A stretch of 32,000 nucleotides of DNA from Candidatus Omnitrophota bacterium. Its GTDB lineage: Bacteria; Omnitrophota; Gorgyraeia; Zapsychrales; JANLHA01. The notes beneath the pieces were generated by a model, which saw nothing but the letters and a program-made list of their open reading frames with translations, did no database searches and was not told where the DNA came from. Positions 8,517 through 18,766 of the stretch are shown here, in pieces. A program made the position numbers and the translations under genes. The DNA is taken from positions 3,210,001 to 3,242,000 of the forward strand of contig OY759724.1 in the NCBI GenBank assembly GCA_963662715.1. The letters run 5' to 3'. The first letter of the stretch is position 1. Every line of letters starts with the position of its first letter.

Positions 8517-10868
8517 ATGAAAAATATTCCTCCAGAAGACCTTTACGTCAACCCTGTCGGAAAAAGCGTGGCCAGAATCGACGGGCGGGGACTTGTCACC
8601 GGGCAGGCGAAATACGTCTATGACCTGAAACTTCCCGGCATGCTCACCGGAAAAATGATACGCAGCCATGTCCCCCATGCGCTGATCAGGAACATTGATA
8701 CGTCAGCGGCAGAAAAATTGCCCGGGGTCAAGGCCATCATTACGGCCAAGGATACTTACAATATCAAATTTGGTTCCAATGAATTTTTCTTCCCGCACAC
8801 GGTCGACCAGATGGCCCTTGAAGCGGATAAAGTCCGTTATATAGGAGACGAGATTGGCGCCGTTGCGGCTATTGATGAAGACACCGCAGAAGCCGCATTG
8901 AAGCTTATTAAAATCGATTACGAACCTCTCCCGGCTGTTTTTGACATGATGGAAGCGATGAAACCCGGAGCCCCGCTTATTCATCAGGCTATGGGGAATA
9001 TCGGAGTCCTGTTACCGGTCAATTTCGGGAACCCCGACCGGGCGCTGAAGGAGGCAGACTACGTCAGAGAAGATACTTTTTACGCATCATCCGCCGCGCA
9101 CTGCTGCCTGGAGCCGCATAACAGCATCGGACAGTGGGAATCCTTCAGCGATAAAATCACTTTATGGACATCGACTCAAGCGCCCTTTAAAGTCCGGGAA
9201 GCCCTGGCCAAAACATTGCGGATGTCTTTGAATGATGTGCGTGTTATCAAACTGGCTGTGGGCGGCGGATTCGGCGGGAAACTGGAAATGCTTCCCATGG
9301 ACTTCGCAGCCTGTCTTCTCTCTAAGAAATCCGGGGGCCTGCCGGTGAAGATATGTTACAGCAGGGAGGAGGAGTTCGCCTTCTCCCGGCGGAAACACGC
9401 CATGCTATATAAACTGAAATCCGGAGTCAAGAAAGACGGCAGCCTTTCAGCCATTACCGGGGAAGTCTTCGCCGACGGCGGCGGCTACTGCAGCTACGGC
9501 CCTACGGTCCTGGCTGCGGCGATCATGAGGATTTTTATGGTTTATAAAATCCAGCACTTCCGCATCACGGGTTACCGCATCTATACCAATACGCCTATCA
9601 GCGGTGCGATCAGAGGGTTTGGCGGCGTGCAATCAGGCTTTGCCATTGAATCTCACATGGACCTGCTGGCCCGGGGGATCGGGATGGACCCGGTCGAATT
9701 TCGCCTCAGGAACATAACGTCTCCCAATATGACGACGATAAATAAGATGAAAATCACATCCAACGGCTTAAAAGAATGCATCACCCAGTCAACGGAAGCC
9801 GCCGGGTGGACGGACAAGCACGGGAAAAAACTCACAGGGAGAGAAAAACATCTTAAACGGGGAATCGGCATCGGAATCGCCGCAGATGTCATGGGCTCCA
9901 AAATGTATAAATCCCATGAATCCGCAGGATCCATTATTAAAATAGAAGAAGACGGTTCGGTTTATTTGTTTACAGGTGCGGCTGATACAGGGCAGGGGTC
10001 TAACACCGCTTTGTCCCAAATTGCAGCCCAGGCCCTGGGTGTCAGCTTTAAACGCATTAAGTGCCGGGCCGCTGACACGGAAATCACCCCTTTTGATACC
10101 GGGAGTTTCGCAAGCCGTGTCACATTCATTGCCGGAAACGCGACTTTGCGAGCCGCAAAAGATGCCAAACTCCAGATTCTTAAAATTGTCGCTGAAGAAT
10201 ATAAATGCGATATAAATCATCTTGATATTATCGCAGAAAATGTTATAAATTTAGAGGAGGATGTCGTTCTGATGAATTTTGATAAGGCCCTTGACTTGTG
10301 TTATTCTTTCGAATACGGCCAACAAATCATAGGAAAAGGGACTTATAATCCTACAACAACTCCGGTGGATTTCCGAACCGGCGAAGGGAATGTTTCCGGG
10401 AGTTACGGATTCGAAGCCCAGATAGCTGAAGTGGAAGTCAATACGGAAACCGGCGAAGTGCGAGTTATGAAGATGTGGGACGCCCACGATATTGGCAAAG
10501 CTATCAATCCCAGTTCCGTAGAATCGCAAATTGAAGGGTCCCTGGCTATGGGAATTGGCTACACATTTTATGAAGATCTGCAATTTAAAGAAGGCCGTGT
10601 CGCAAACGGGACATTTTCTCAATACCGTTTGCCGCGCGCCTATGGGATTCCGCCCATTGAAACGATCCTGATTGAAACGAATGATCCGCAAGGCCCCTTC
10701 GGGGCCAAGGGAATGGGGGAAGCCTCTCTCCTTCCAACGGCCGCGGCCATTGCGAATGCCATTCATGATGCCGTAGATGTTCGCATCAAAGATTTACCTA
10801 TCACTCCCCAGAAAATATTAAAAGCACTTGAAGAACAAAAATCCAAGAAGGAGGGAAGATCTCTATGA
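8517..10868 (+). CDS. Xanthine dehydrogenase/aldehyde oxidoreductase family, molybdopterin-binding (large) subunit
   Basis: The track ORF starts at 8454. I prefer ATG 8517 (MKNIPPEDL), which lies just after the small-subunit stop and has a purine-rich GAAGGAACGGGAAAG stretch upstream. Family motifs GAIRGFGGVQ and GMGEASL (catalytic Glu region) are present. Confidence 0.9.
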   Translation: MKNIPPEDLYVNPVGKSVARIDGRGLVTGQAKYVYDLKLPGMLTGKMIRSHVPHALIRNIDTSAAEKLPGVKAIITAKDTYNIKFGSNEFFFPHTVDQMALEADKVRYIGDEIGAVAAIDEDTAEAALKLIKIDYEPLPAVFDMMEAMKPGAPLIHQAMGNIGVLLPVNFGNPDRALKEADYVREDTFYASSAAHCCLEPHNSIGQWESFSDKITLWTSTQAPFKVREALAKTLRMSLNDVRVIKLAVGGGFGGKLEMLPMDFAACLLSKKSGGLPVKICYSREEEFAFSRRKHAMLYKLKSGVKKDGSLSAITGEVFADGGGYCSYGPTVLAAAIMRIFMVYKIQHFRITGYRIYTNTPISGAIRGFGGVQSGFAIESHMDLLARGIGMDPVEFRLRNITSPNMTTINKMKITSNGLKECITQSTEAAGWTDKHGKKLTGREKHLKRGIGIGIAADVMGSKMYKSHESAGSIIKIEEDGSVYLFTGAADTGQGSNTALSQIAAQALGVSFKRIKCRAADTEITPFDTGSFASRVTFIAGNATLRAAKDAKLQILKIVAEEYKCDINHLDIIAENVINLEEDVVLMNFDKALDLCYSFEYGQQIIGKGTYNPTTTPVDFRTGEGNVSGSYGFEAQIAEVEVNTETGEVRVMKMWDAHDIGKAINPSSVESQIEGSLAMGIGYTFYEDLQFKEGRVANGTFSQYRLPRAYGIPPIETILIETNDPQGPFGAKGMGEASLLPTAAAIANAIHDAVDVRIKDLPITPQKILKALEEQKSKKEGRSL

Positions 10869-11242
10869 CAAAAACGATAATCATTTTATTATGTGTTGTT
10901 TTTCTGACTTCCTCCTGTAGTATTTACCGCGTCAATTTCGAAGAAGTCACCGGTAATTACTACTCTGCCACAAAGCCGGAGGACGTACAGGTTGTAGAAC
11001 AGGTAAGTCAACCCCATGAAATTGTCGGATTCATTACGGTAAATACTGAACGGAATCAAAAGATGGAAGATGTTCTATACCGCATGAAGACAGAGGCCGC
11101 CAAGCTGGGGGGGGATGCCATCACCAATATCCAGTCGAACGCAACCGGATCCTGGAAAAAAGTGCCCGCGCAGAACCTGGTCGGGAATGCGTACGTACGG
11201 GCGAACTTTTCTGCCAGCGTTGTTGCTTTTCTTACAGACTAA
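10865..11242 (+). CDS. Small putative lipoprotein or secreted protein
   Basis: 125 aa. Signal peptide ends in LTSSC (lipobox-like). The start overlaps the Moco-subunit stop (ATGA), implying translational coupling. Confidence 0.65.
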   Translation: MTKTIIILLCVVFLTSSCSIYRVNFEEVTGNYYSATKPEDVQVVEQVSQPHEIVGFITVNTERNQKMEDVLYRMKTEAAKLGGDAITNIQSNATGSWKKVPAQNLVGNAYVRANFSASVVAFLTD

Positions 11243-11269
11243 TAACCTGTTTTTGCGAGGTTTGTAAAG

Positions 11270-11860
11270 TCAGGAGAGAAACCCTTTCAATTCCTCAAGC
11301 TCTTCCTGAGTATTAAAACTCAGACAGACTCCGGGATCAGCAACCGGCCAACATAATATCTCTTTCCTATGCCGTCGGGGGATTTCGTGACAGCCATTAC
11401 CGTGAGTTAAGGATTTGAACTCATCGATTAAGCTGTGATGGAAAAGCGGGGGATGCCCCTTACGATGGCCGAAAGTGGGGATAACGATCAAAGCCTTATA
11501 TTTAAAGTAAGCTTCTATAATGCTGTTGATTGTCTCTTTTTGGATCAAGGGATAATCAACGGGCAAAAGCATAACCCCCCGGCAGGCATCCGGACACCGG
11601 GCAATTCCGCATTGGAAAGAAGCTGTTTGCCCAAATTTATAATCTTTATTATAGACAACGCAAACCTTTTTGTGGTTTAATATGTACGGTTTGATATTTT
11701 GCCGATACGCGCCGGTAACGACATAAATGACGTCGACGTTTGAGTCAATGAGCATGGATAATTGACGTTCAATAACTGTTTTTCCCCCTAGTAATGCTAA
11801 AGCTTTGGGAGAACCGAATCGCTGGCTGAATCCAGCAGTCAATAATATACAGCTTATCAT
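11270..11860 (-). CDS. MobA-like NTP transferase, probable molybdenum cofactor cytidylyltransferase (MocA-like)
   Basis: 196 aa. The N-terminal ILLTAGFSQRFGSPKALALLGGKTVIE matches the MobA/MocA nucleotidyltransferase signature. Lies next to the molybdoenzyme genes. Confidence 0.82.
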   Translation of the reverse strand: MISCILLTAGFSQRFGSPKALALLGGKTVIERQLSMLIDSNVDVIYVVTGAYRQNIKPYILNHKKVCVVYNKDYKFGQTASFQCGIARCPDACRGVMLLPVDYPLIQKETINSIIEAYFKYKALIVIPTFGHRKGHPPLFHHSLIDEFKSLTHGNGCHEIPRRHRKEILCWPVADPGVCLSFNTQEELEELKGFLS

Positions 11861-11939
11861 GACATTATTATAGATTCAGCTTCTTTCATGTCAACAACGA
11901 TATGACAAGGGGCTGAAAGTCCGGAAGGAACAACATTCT

Positions 11940-13598
11940 GTGTACCTTATCTATATTGGGATAGGAATACTTGCGCTGGGAATCATTGCGGTTGTTTGGA
12001 TATTAACAGCCGACCGGAAATCATCAACAGCGCAGCCGAAGACAAACAGTGAACAGCAAGCTCTAACCACATCTCAAATATTAAACCAGCTGGGTCTCAA
12101 TGAAGAGGACCAGGACCCCGAACCTTCCCCCTTGCCCAAGAGCGCCGGCACCTCCGCCTCCGAGGAAAGCTCTCCCGATAACGTCTTCGCAGATAAAATG
12201 GGTGCGGAAGAAATTCTTAACGACGAGACAGCGGGGCTGCCGCCGTCTCACCGAGGGACAGCGGCCCTGAGGCTGGATGATGACGAGAACTCGGAATCAG
12301 AAAAAATCCTTGTCATGGAAAACGAACAGATCAAGAAACAAATCGAGGATGTGCGGACAAAAAATGAGAAACTCGAATCTATTCTCCAGGATAAAAATAA
12401 GGATATTGAACAGGTTAAAAATGACCTGGAAACGGAATTAAAAAGCCGTAAGGAATTTAATAAAATAAAGGATATTCTGGAAAAGGAACTTAAAGATTCC
12501 AAGGAAAAAAACCGCGCTCTGCAAATAGACCTCAACAACACGCAGACCGAAGCGGATTCTTTTTTAAAACGGGTGAAACAGCTGGAAGAAAAAATAAAAA
12601 AGCTGGAAGGCGAAGTGGAAGAAAAAGACGGCGTCTTAAAAACCCACCAGGCGGTTAACGAAAAAGACAAAAAAAACCTGGATCGTTTGGAGAAAAACTT
12701 AAAAGAGTTTGATCCCCTCATCAGAGAAAAAGATCAAAAAATCAACTCACTCGTCCCTCTGCTGAAGGATCTCCCGGAAGGAACGCCTGCCGCAACACCT
12801 GCAGGGGATGAAGAGAAGCCCAAGGAAGGGGAAACCGCAGGGTCACCGGAGACGGACGCTCCCCTGACAAAACCTCATTCCGAAAAGGGGGGAGAGGGGG
12901 AACAGCCCCCCACACAAGAACAGGTACAAAAGGGAGCAGACACGTCCGCCCCCGACGCCTCACAGGAAAAGACACAAGCCCCGGGATCCGTTAAAGAAAC
13001 GGATAAAAATAAAGGAGAGGAGAAGGCTGCTCCGCCAACAGCTTCAGAAGCTCAAATTCATCCGGAGATAAAAAAAATTGATGACATAGAAAAAATACGG
13101 AAATTAACAGAAACCGACAACTCGCCAAAGACAGCAACACCCCAGCCTCTTTTCGAGAGCCAGGATGTAAGTGAACCGGCTGTCGCCCCGCCCAGCGCTG
13201 CTCCCGGGAGCGGAAGAACGGAATCTCCTGATGACGCCCAAAATCACAAAACAGACATGACCCACAAGGATTTATTAAACACCATAGAGGCGGATATCAA
13301 AAATGGGCAGAAGGACACACCACCACCCGGGGCAGAAAACAGAGCGAATGAGGACGATCCCCCGGACAACACAAATAAATCCATGCTCCAGGAACAAATG
13401 CATGGCGACAAAAAGACAGAACAACCGTCAAAGGATACTGATCGTGCGCTGCATTTGCCCCCGGACATTGACCAGCAGCCGAAAAGAGGAACAGAAGGGG
13501 ACGGGATCATAAAAGATAACCTTAATACCGAGAAAAAAGAGGAGGACATAAAACAGAATTCGCCTGTTGAGCAGAAAGAAGAACCCAAAGAAAAATAG
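11940..13598 (+). CDS. Membrane-anchored coiled-coil / low-complexity (E, K, P-rich) protein
   Basis: 552 aa with a GTG start. One N-terminal TM helix ([21 protein letters not shown]). Roughly residues 120-270 are a heptad-like K/E-rich segment. The C-terminal half is P/E/K/T-rich and looks disordered. Confidence 0.7.
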   Translation: MYLIYIGIGILALGIIAVVWILTADRKSSTAQPKTNSEQQALTTSQILNQLGLNEEDQDPEPSPLPKSAGTSASEESSPDNVFADKMGAEEILNDETAGLPPSHRGTAALRLDDDENSESEKILVMENEQIKKQIEDVRTKNEKLESILQDKNKDIEQVKNDLETELKSRKEFNKIKDILEKELKDSKEKNRALQIDLNNTQTEADSFLKRVKQLEEKIKKLEGEVEEKDGVLKTHQAVNEKDKKNLDRLEKNLKEFDPLIREKDQKINSLVPLLKDLPEGTPAATPAGDEEKPKEGETAGSPETDAPLTKPHSEKGGEGEQPPTQEQVQKGADTSAPDASQEKTQAPGSVKETDKNKGEEKAAPPTASEAQIHPEIKKIDDIEKIRKLTETDNSPKTATPQPLFESQDVSEPAVAPPSAAPGSGRTESPDDAQNHKTDMTHKDLLNTIEADIKNGQKDTPPPGAENRANEDDPPDNTNKSMLQEQMHGDKKTEQPSKDTDRALHLPPDIDQQPKRGTEGDGIIKDNLNTEKKEEDIKQNSPVEQKEEPKEK

Positions 13599-13621
13599 AT
13601 ATACCAAGGAGAGAGCTTATC

Positions 13622-14188
13622 ATGCCAGCCAAAATTGTTAAATTAATAATTTTTATCAGCTTCTTCGGCTTTATTATGACAGGAACAGCATGTTCCCAAC
13701 AATCAACAGAAAGGACACGGCCCGTGGTTGTATTAGAAACAAATCAAGGAGATATTGAAATCCAACTTTTTAATGATGTGGCTCCTAAAACATGCGAGAA
13801 TTTTGTCGGCCTTATAAAGAAAAACTACTATGATGGGCTTATTTTTCATCGTGTTATTAAAAATTTCATGATACAGGGGGGCGACCCGACAGGAACAGGC
13901 AGAGGGGGCGAAAGTCTTTGGGGAGGAAAGTTCGAAGACGAAGTTTCTCCCAGTGTCACTTTTGATAAAAAAGGGCTGTTAGCCATGGCCAACGCCGGCC
14001 CCAATACGAACGGCAGCCAATTCTTTATTACCGTTGCTGCGACCCCCTGGCTGAACATGAAACATACTATTTTCGGTGAAGTTGTGGCCGGATATGATGT
14101 TGTCGAAAGTATTGAAAACACTGCTACAGGATCGGGAGACCGGCCTGTTGAAGAGCAAAAAATCATAAAAGCTTACGTAAAAGAGTAA
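13622..14188 (+). CDS. Cyclophilin-type peptidyl-prolyl cis-trans isomerase, exported
   Basis: 188 aa with a signal peptide. Cyclophilin core [27 protein letters not shown]...NGSQFFIT. Good SD (AAGGAGAG) upstream. Confidence 0.93.
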   Translation: MPAKIVKLIIFISFFGFIMTGTACSQQSTERTRPVVVLETNQGDIEIQLFNDVAPKTCENFVGLIKKNYYDGLIFHRVIKNFMIQGGDPTGTGRGGESLWGGKFEDEVSPSVTFDKKGLLAMANAGPNTNGSQFFITVAATPWLNMKHTIFGEVVAGYDVVESIENTATGSGDRPVEEQKIIKAYVKE

Positions 14189-14233
14189 ATCTTTCGTCTT
14201 TCAAAAGAAATATGATAATGCCTGGTGTGAGTT

Positions 14234-15034
14234 ATGGACCCAGTAATTCTAGCGGCTTATAAAGCCGCCCAGCAAGAGCAAAGTTTTGCTTTTGCAACGA
14301 TCATTGAAACAAGTGTTAAAGGGACTCCACGGAAAACAGGAGCCAAAATGATCGTTTTAGAAAACGGAGAAATCGTCGGGACGATTGGAGGGGGGATTGA
14401 CGAAAAAAGGGTTATCGAAGAAAGTATCAAAGTCATAAAAAGGAACAAGCATCAATTATCCCGCTTTGAGTTAAGCGGAAAGTCAAACAGACCTCTTTGT
14501 GGCGGTAAATATACTGTTTTTATCGAACCTTTTATCAAGCAGAGGCATCTCATTATTTGCGGTGCCGGACATATTGCCTTGCCTTTATCCATCATAACCA
14601 AAATGCTGAACTTTAAGGTCTCTATTATTGACAATAGGAAGGCCTGGGCGAATAAAAAAAGGTTTCCTCATGCAGACCAGATAATAACCGGAGACTACGT
14701 TAAAAACCTTCAAAAAATCCCGATAAGCAGTAACACTTATATTGTCATCGTGACACACGGGCATGAATTCGATTACGATTGCCTTCAGCTTGCGATAAAG
14801 ACACCGGCAAAATATATCGGAGTCATTTCAAGCCACGCAAAAAGAAATAAGTTCATAAAAGACCTCCGGGAATCAGGATGTTCTCCCGGGCAGATTAAAA
14901 GACTAAGCATCCCGATAGGGATTGACATCGGAGCCCAAACCCCGGAAGAAATCGCCGTTTCCATCACTGCGGAACTGATTTCGAAATATAATGCCGATTG
15001 CCTGAACGCAAAAAAATTTAAAATAAAACAATAA
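14234..15034 (+). CDS. XdhC/CoxI family molybdoenzyme maturation protein
   Basis: 266 aa. N-terminal XdhC_CoxI-like region, then a Rossmann-like LIICGAGHIALPL segment and VIVTHGHEFD. Confidence 0.85.
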   Translation: MDPVILAAYKAAQQEQSFAFATIIETSVKGTPRKTGAKMIVLENGEIVGTIGGGIDEKRVIEESIKVIKRNKHQLSRFELSGKSNRPLCGGKYTVFIEPFIKQRHLIICGAGHIALPLSIITKMLNFKVSIIDNRKAWANKKRFPHADQIITGDYVKNLQKIPISSNTYIVIVTHGHEFDYDCLQLAIKTPAKYIGVISSHAKRNKFIKDLRESGCSPGQIKRLSIPIGIDIGAQTPEEIAVSITAELISKYNADCLNAKKFKIKQ

Positions 15035-15076
15035 AAAAACATCATCACGCTGACTTCCACAGGAAAGGAGCTCCAT

Positions 15077-15490
15077 ATGACCAGGGAGGAAGTTTTTGAC
15101 CTGATTAAAGATGCCGGATATTGTGTCCTTGCGACAATCAGCGAAAACAAACCAAAAGCAAGACCCATGATGCCGTTGTTAACCGATGAAGGCAAAATGC
15201 TGCTGGCATGTCTTTCAAGTTGCCGGACAATAGGCCAAATACAAGAGAATCCCAATGTCGAATTATGTTATATCGATAGGAAAATGAGATTCGCCAGAAT
15301 ATCCGGACAGGCTCACTGCAGTGAAGATAAAGACAAAAAAGAACACGTATGGACTGGTATCCCCATGTTAAGACAGTATTTTACCGGACCGGATGACGCC
15401 AATTTCATTCTTATAGAGATCGATATTGAAAAGGCAGAAATCATGACACCACAGCAGCAAACCCCGGAAAAGGTGAGTCTTTCAAACTAA
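15077..15490 (+). CDS. Pyridoxamine 5'-phosphate oxidase family (split-barrel flavin-binding) protein
   Basis: 137 aa. The pattern ...CVLATISENKPKARPM... is typical of PNPOx-like/general-stress-26-like proteins. SD AAAGGAG upstream. Confidence 0.75.
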   Translation: MTREEVFDLIKDAGYCVLATISENKPKARPMMPLLTDEGKMLLACLSSCRTIGQIQENPNVELCYIDRKMRFARISGQAHCSEDKDKKEHVWTGIPMLRQYFTGPDDANFILIEIDIEKAEIMTPQQQTPEKVSLSN

Positions 15491-15729
15491 ATAATACTGC
15501 TTGAACAAGAATTATTTTAATTTATTTACAAAAATAATTCACAAAACCACAAAAAATCAAACACACATAAAAGAGTCACTTTAGAGGCTGAGAGCGGCTC
15601 CTTTAAAAATGTTTCCTCAAGTTAACATAACATATATTATAGGAAGTTATGGAAGTATTTTTTTGGGCCTTTTACAGCCCATTCTCACGCCACCCCCAAA
15701 GGAAAAACAGATAAAGAAACCTGGCCGCG

Positions 15730-16200
15730 TCACATCATTCGCGCCGACCCCGGCTCCGCTTTTTGCCTTTCCATTATAACGTCTTCCTGCAAATCTTCAT
15801 CTTCAGCCGGATCGCCGACACTCTTCATAAGGTCTTTATGCTTCTGCTCAAACCGCTCAATTTCCTTCTTAAGAGTATCCTGAGTATACTCAATCTTCCG
15901 GACACCAACCTGCGCGTCACCCATGGTTATCTTAATGATTTTGCCGTTCACCAGCGCATCGGCAATCTTAAAGCGCGCCTCCCGCAGGATCCTGCCGAAA
16001 CTTGGCCTGGAGACGTGCATGGCCATGGCACCGTCCGATTGCGAAAATCCCTGAAAGTCCGCCAACTTTATCGCCTCAAACTGATCCAAGCTCAATTCAA
16101 CTTCATCCGGACGTCCAGGCTTACCTCGAGGGCTGAAAAGCATAATCTTGGGCATGCTTTGGATATAGCGAACTTTTTTCGGTCTTCCAACTTCAGCCAT
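15730..16200 (-). CDS. DUF134 (UPF0251) family putative DNA-binding protein
   Basis: 156 aa. GRPKKVRYIQSMP...F.P, then LSLDQFEAIKLADFQGFSQSDGAMAMHVSRPSFGRILREARFKIADALVNGK matches the DUF134 HTH core. An acidic C-terminal tail is added. Confidence 0.85.
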   Translation of the reverse strand: MAEVGRPKKVRYIQSMPKIMLFSPRGKPGRPDEVELSLDQFEAIKLADFQGFSQSDGAMAMHVSRPSFGRILREARFKIADALVNGKIIKITMGDAQVGVRKIEYTQDTLKKEIERFEQKHKDLMKSVGDPAEDEDLQEDVIMERQKAEPGSARMM

Positions 16201-16310
16201 TATAAAATCAACCCCTTTGATGATATGCCCAACCGCTCATTACAACCCGCAATTATTTATTAGCATATGCTCAAAATTAAATACACGTTAATTGCCTGCC
16301 CCAGAACACT

Positions 16311-17354
16311 CTAAATACTATGAATAGCCGTGGAAATCAATTTAGACAGGTGCTCCAGATTGCCGACGTTAGCGGAAATTTTTCCGCCGGCTTTTTCGGT
16401 GTGCAAGTTCAGCACACCGAAAACCCTGTTCTGCGCAGACAAAGGAACGATCATGGACTGCTTAATCGAAGATCTTTTCAACAAATGGCTAATACGGCTG
16501 TCTCCCTCCCGCCCGGAAATGACAAAGGAGGTGTTTTCCTGCGCCGCTATGCCTGCTATCCCCTGCCCAACCTTAACACGCGCACTCTGAGCAATCTCTT
16601 CCGGCATTCCCCGAGAAACCTTAACAGCCAACTCCCCCGTCCGCTCGTCCAGCAACATGATCGAACCGTTTTCTGCCTGCGTCAAATTCAACGCCACATC
16701 CAGTATGGTGATAAGCAACTCGTCAAGATGGATTGTCGCGTAAAGGTCTTTTGCCGTCTCGGCAATTTCCCTGGAGAACATTTCCTTATTATATCTTTTC
16801 TTGTGCAAACGCTTCATTTCCAAATTCAAGTCAACGATATCCTTCACGACTTTTGCCAAAAGGTCCAGGATGGCTTTCATAGACACGAAAGAAACGACCC
16901 TGATCTCAAGAATCCTGTCGATCAAATCCTCAAATTCCACATGCAGTCGGCTTGCCATATTTTCATAATCTTCATTATCCCATCTCTTGTTAAGTATGAC
17001 AGGGCCCACGATGAGGTAAGCGATCGTCTTGTCGATATCAGCCTTAACGGGGATGGCAAAAACATGAAAATCAAAAGGATCCTTAGCCTCCAGATACGGT
17101 CCATGCTGGATAAAATCCTCCATCATATTATATTCCTGCCCGGTAAAATCAAAATTAAACGACCCCGTCAGGAATTCCACCCCATAGCCCCGGTTCAGGC
17201 TATCCCTGTACGGAGGGACCAGCATTTTACCGGCATGATCCACAACAAAGATATTAATCCTCAGGACGTCAATAAATCTGCGGAGGAAATCCGCCCACTT
17301 ATTTTTAATGATCAAGCGATCTTGGAGATGAGACAGATACTCTTTGTTCTTCAT
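16311..17354 (-). CDS. PocR-like sensory domain + GAF domain protein (no output domain)
   Basis: 347 aa. The N-terminal half resembles PocR (FVVDHAGKMLVPP...FHVFAIPVKADIDKTIAYLIVGPVIL). The C-terminal half is a GAF domain (LDVALNLTQAENGSIMLLDERTGELAV...GQGIAGIAAQ). The start lies 14 nt after the response-regulator stop. Confidence 0.8.
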   Translation of the reverse strand: MKNKEYLSHLQDRLIIKNKWADFLRRFIDVLRINIFVVDHAGKMLVPPYRDSLNRGYGVEFLTGSFNFDFTGQEYNMMEDFIQHGPYLEAKDPFDFHVFAIPVKADIDKTIAYLIVGPVILNKRWDNEDYENMASRLHVEFEDLIDRILEIRVVSFVSMKAILDLLAKVVKDIVDLNLEMKRLHKKRYNKEMFSREIAETAKDLYATIHLDELLITILDVALNLTQAENGSIMLLDERTGELAVKVSRGMPEEIAQSARVKVGQGIAGIAAQENTSFVISGREGDSRISHLLKRSSIKQSMIVPLSAQNRVFGVLNLHTEKAGGKISANVGNLEHLSKLISTAIHSI

Positions 17355-17368
17355 TTCTGTAATAACCT

Positions 17369-18766
17369 TTAAATCTTATTAAATGAAATATTATATTTTT
17401 TCATCTTATTATACAAAGTCGTACGATTAATCCCCAGCACAGCTGCCGCCCGGTTACGATTCCAGCTGCATTCCTCCAGCACGGAAAGAATCATGTCCCG
17501 CTCCGGCTGTTCCAAAACTTTTTTCAAAGACTGGCCATCCACAGGTTTTGTGGCAGCGACAGAAAACTTTTCGGAATTGGGGATATCCCATTTATTAATC
17601 ACATCTGTGCGGCACATGACAACCGCCCCTTCAATCGCGTTCTCCAGCTCACGGATATTTCCGGGCCAATTATACAAAAGGAACATTTTACGGACTTCGT
17701 CCGAAACACTCCTCACGTTCTTATTGTTATTTTTATTATACCGGGCGATAAAGTGCTCTACGATCAATTCTATATCATCCTTGCGCTCCCTTAACGGCGG
17801 CATAGAAATATTGATAACATTAATGCGATAGAACAAATCCTCCCGGAAATCCCCCTGCGACACGAGGTCAACTAAGTTCCGATTTGTGGCGACGATGATT
17901 CGGGCGTCTGTCTTCCTGGTAATGTTATCACCGACACGCTCAAAAACACCGTCCTGCAAAACCCGGAGGAGCTTAACCTGCAAACTGGGGGAAAAAGCAT
18001 CTATTTCATCCAGAAAGACCGTCCCTCCCCTGGCATACTCGAACCGCCCCTCTTTATCCTTGATAGCCCCGGTGAACGCCCCTTTCATATGTCCAAAAAG
18101 CTCGCTTTCGAGCAAAGTCTCAGACAAAGCCCCGCAACTCACTTCGACAAAAGGCTTCTGGCTGCGATTTTGGTCGGTCTCATGGATAGCTCTGGCGACA
18201 AGCCCCTTCCCTGTCCCGCTCTCTCCGGTGACAAGAATCGTCGCGTTGGATGTGGCGACCGACTGAACAACATGATAAACTTTTTGCATTTTCTCACTGC
18301 CGCCGATCATGCTGCAGAAAGAAACCGGGTTGACTTCAGCAATGATCTCCCGCAAATCCCTGTTTTCCTGCAGGATTTCTTTTCGCTCAACAATCTTATT
18401 GATCATAAGTTTTATTTCATTATCATTGATAGGTTTTGTGACATAGTCATAAGCGCCTTTTTTCATGGCGTCAACCGCTGTTTCAATAGACCCGTAGCCG
18501 GTAATAAGAATCACTTCCGTATCCGGAGAAACTTCTTTGATCTTCTCAATCAGCTTCAAACCGCTCATCTCAGGCAGCTTCATATCCGTCAACACGATAT
18601 CAGGAGCATCTTTATTTAAAATTTCTTCATAGGCCTCCTCACCCGAGGCTGCCATACTTGCCCGGAAACCGTCAATCCGCAAAATCTCATAAAGAGATTC
18701 TCTGATAAGCGGCTCATCATCAACGACAAGGATGTTATATTTATTATTACGTTCTTTATTGTTCAT
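17369..18766 (-). CDS. Sigma-54-dependent response regulator (NtrC family bacterial enhancer-binding protein)
   Basis: 465 aa. REC domain (ILVVDDEP...VLTDMKLPEMSG). AAA+ domain with Walker A GESGTGKG and the sigma-54 contact motif GAFTGA. C-terminal Fis-type HTH (NRAAAVLGINRTTLYNKMKKY). Confidence 0.95.
   Translation of the reverse strand: MNNKERNNKYNILVVDDEPLIRESLYEILRIDGFRASMAASGEEAYEEILNKDAPDIVLTDMKLPEMSGLKLIEKIKEVSPDTEVILITGYGSIETAVDAMKKGAYDYVTKPINDNEIKLMINKIVERKEILQENRDLREIIAEVNPVSFCSMIGGSEKMQKVYHVVQSVATSNATILVTGESGTGKGLVARAIHETDQNRSQKPFVEVSCGALSETLLESELFGHMKGAFTGAIKDKEGRFEYARGGTVFLDEIDAFSPSLQVKLLRVLQDGVFERVGDNITRKTDARIIVATNRNLVDLVSQGDFREDLFYRINVINISMPPLRERKDDIELIVEHFIARYNKNNNKNVRSVSDEVRKMFLLYNWPGNIRELENAIEGAVVMCRTDVINKWDIPNSEKFSVAATKPVDGQSLKKVLEQPERDMILSVLEECSWNRNRAAAVLGINRTTLYNKMKKYNISFNKI

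Noticed and set aside
12248-13588. Several long minus-strand ORFs (157, 77 and 114 aa) and one + strand alternative-frame ORF
   Set aside because: They lie within the compositionally biased coiled-coil/low-complexity gene. Ser/Phe-rich antisense translations are the expected artefact of K/E-rich coding sequence.
15509-15540. Perfect 10-bp inverted repeat GAATTATTTT-N12-AAAATAATTC downstream of the PNPOx-family gene, considered as a terminator or ncRNA
   Set aside because: The stem is entirely A/T apart from one G:C pair, and no U-tract follows on either strand. It is too weak to call. The 240-nt convergent spacer shows no other convincing structure.
16201-16310. Possible promoter or operator (AGCATATGCT palindrome) and sigma-54 motif upstream of the DUF134 gene
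   Set aside because: No GG-N10-GC sigma-54 match is present. The -35 for a TGCTAATAA extended -10 is poor. The evidence is insufficient for a feature call.
16320-17372. 350-aa + strand ORF
   Set aside because: It is fully antisense to the PocR/GAF gene, which has clear domain motifs. The + strand product has no recognisable motifs, so it is a shadow ORF.
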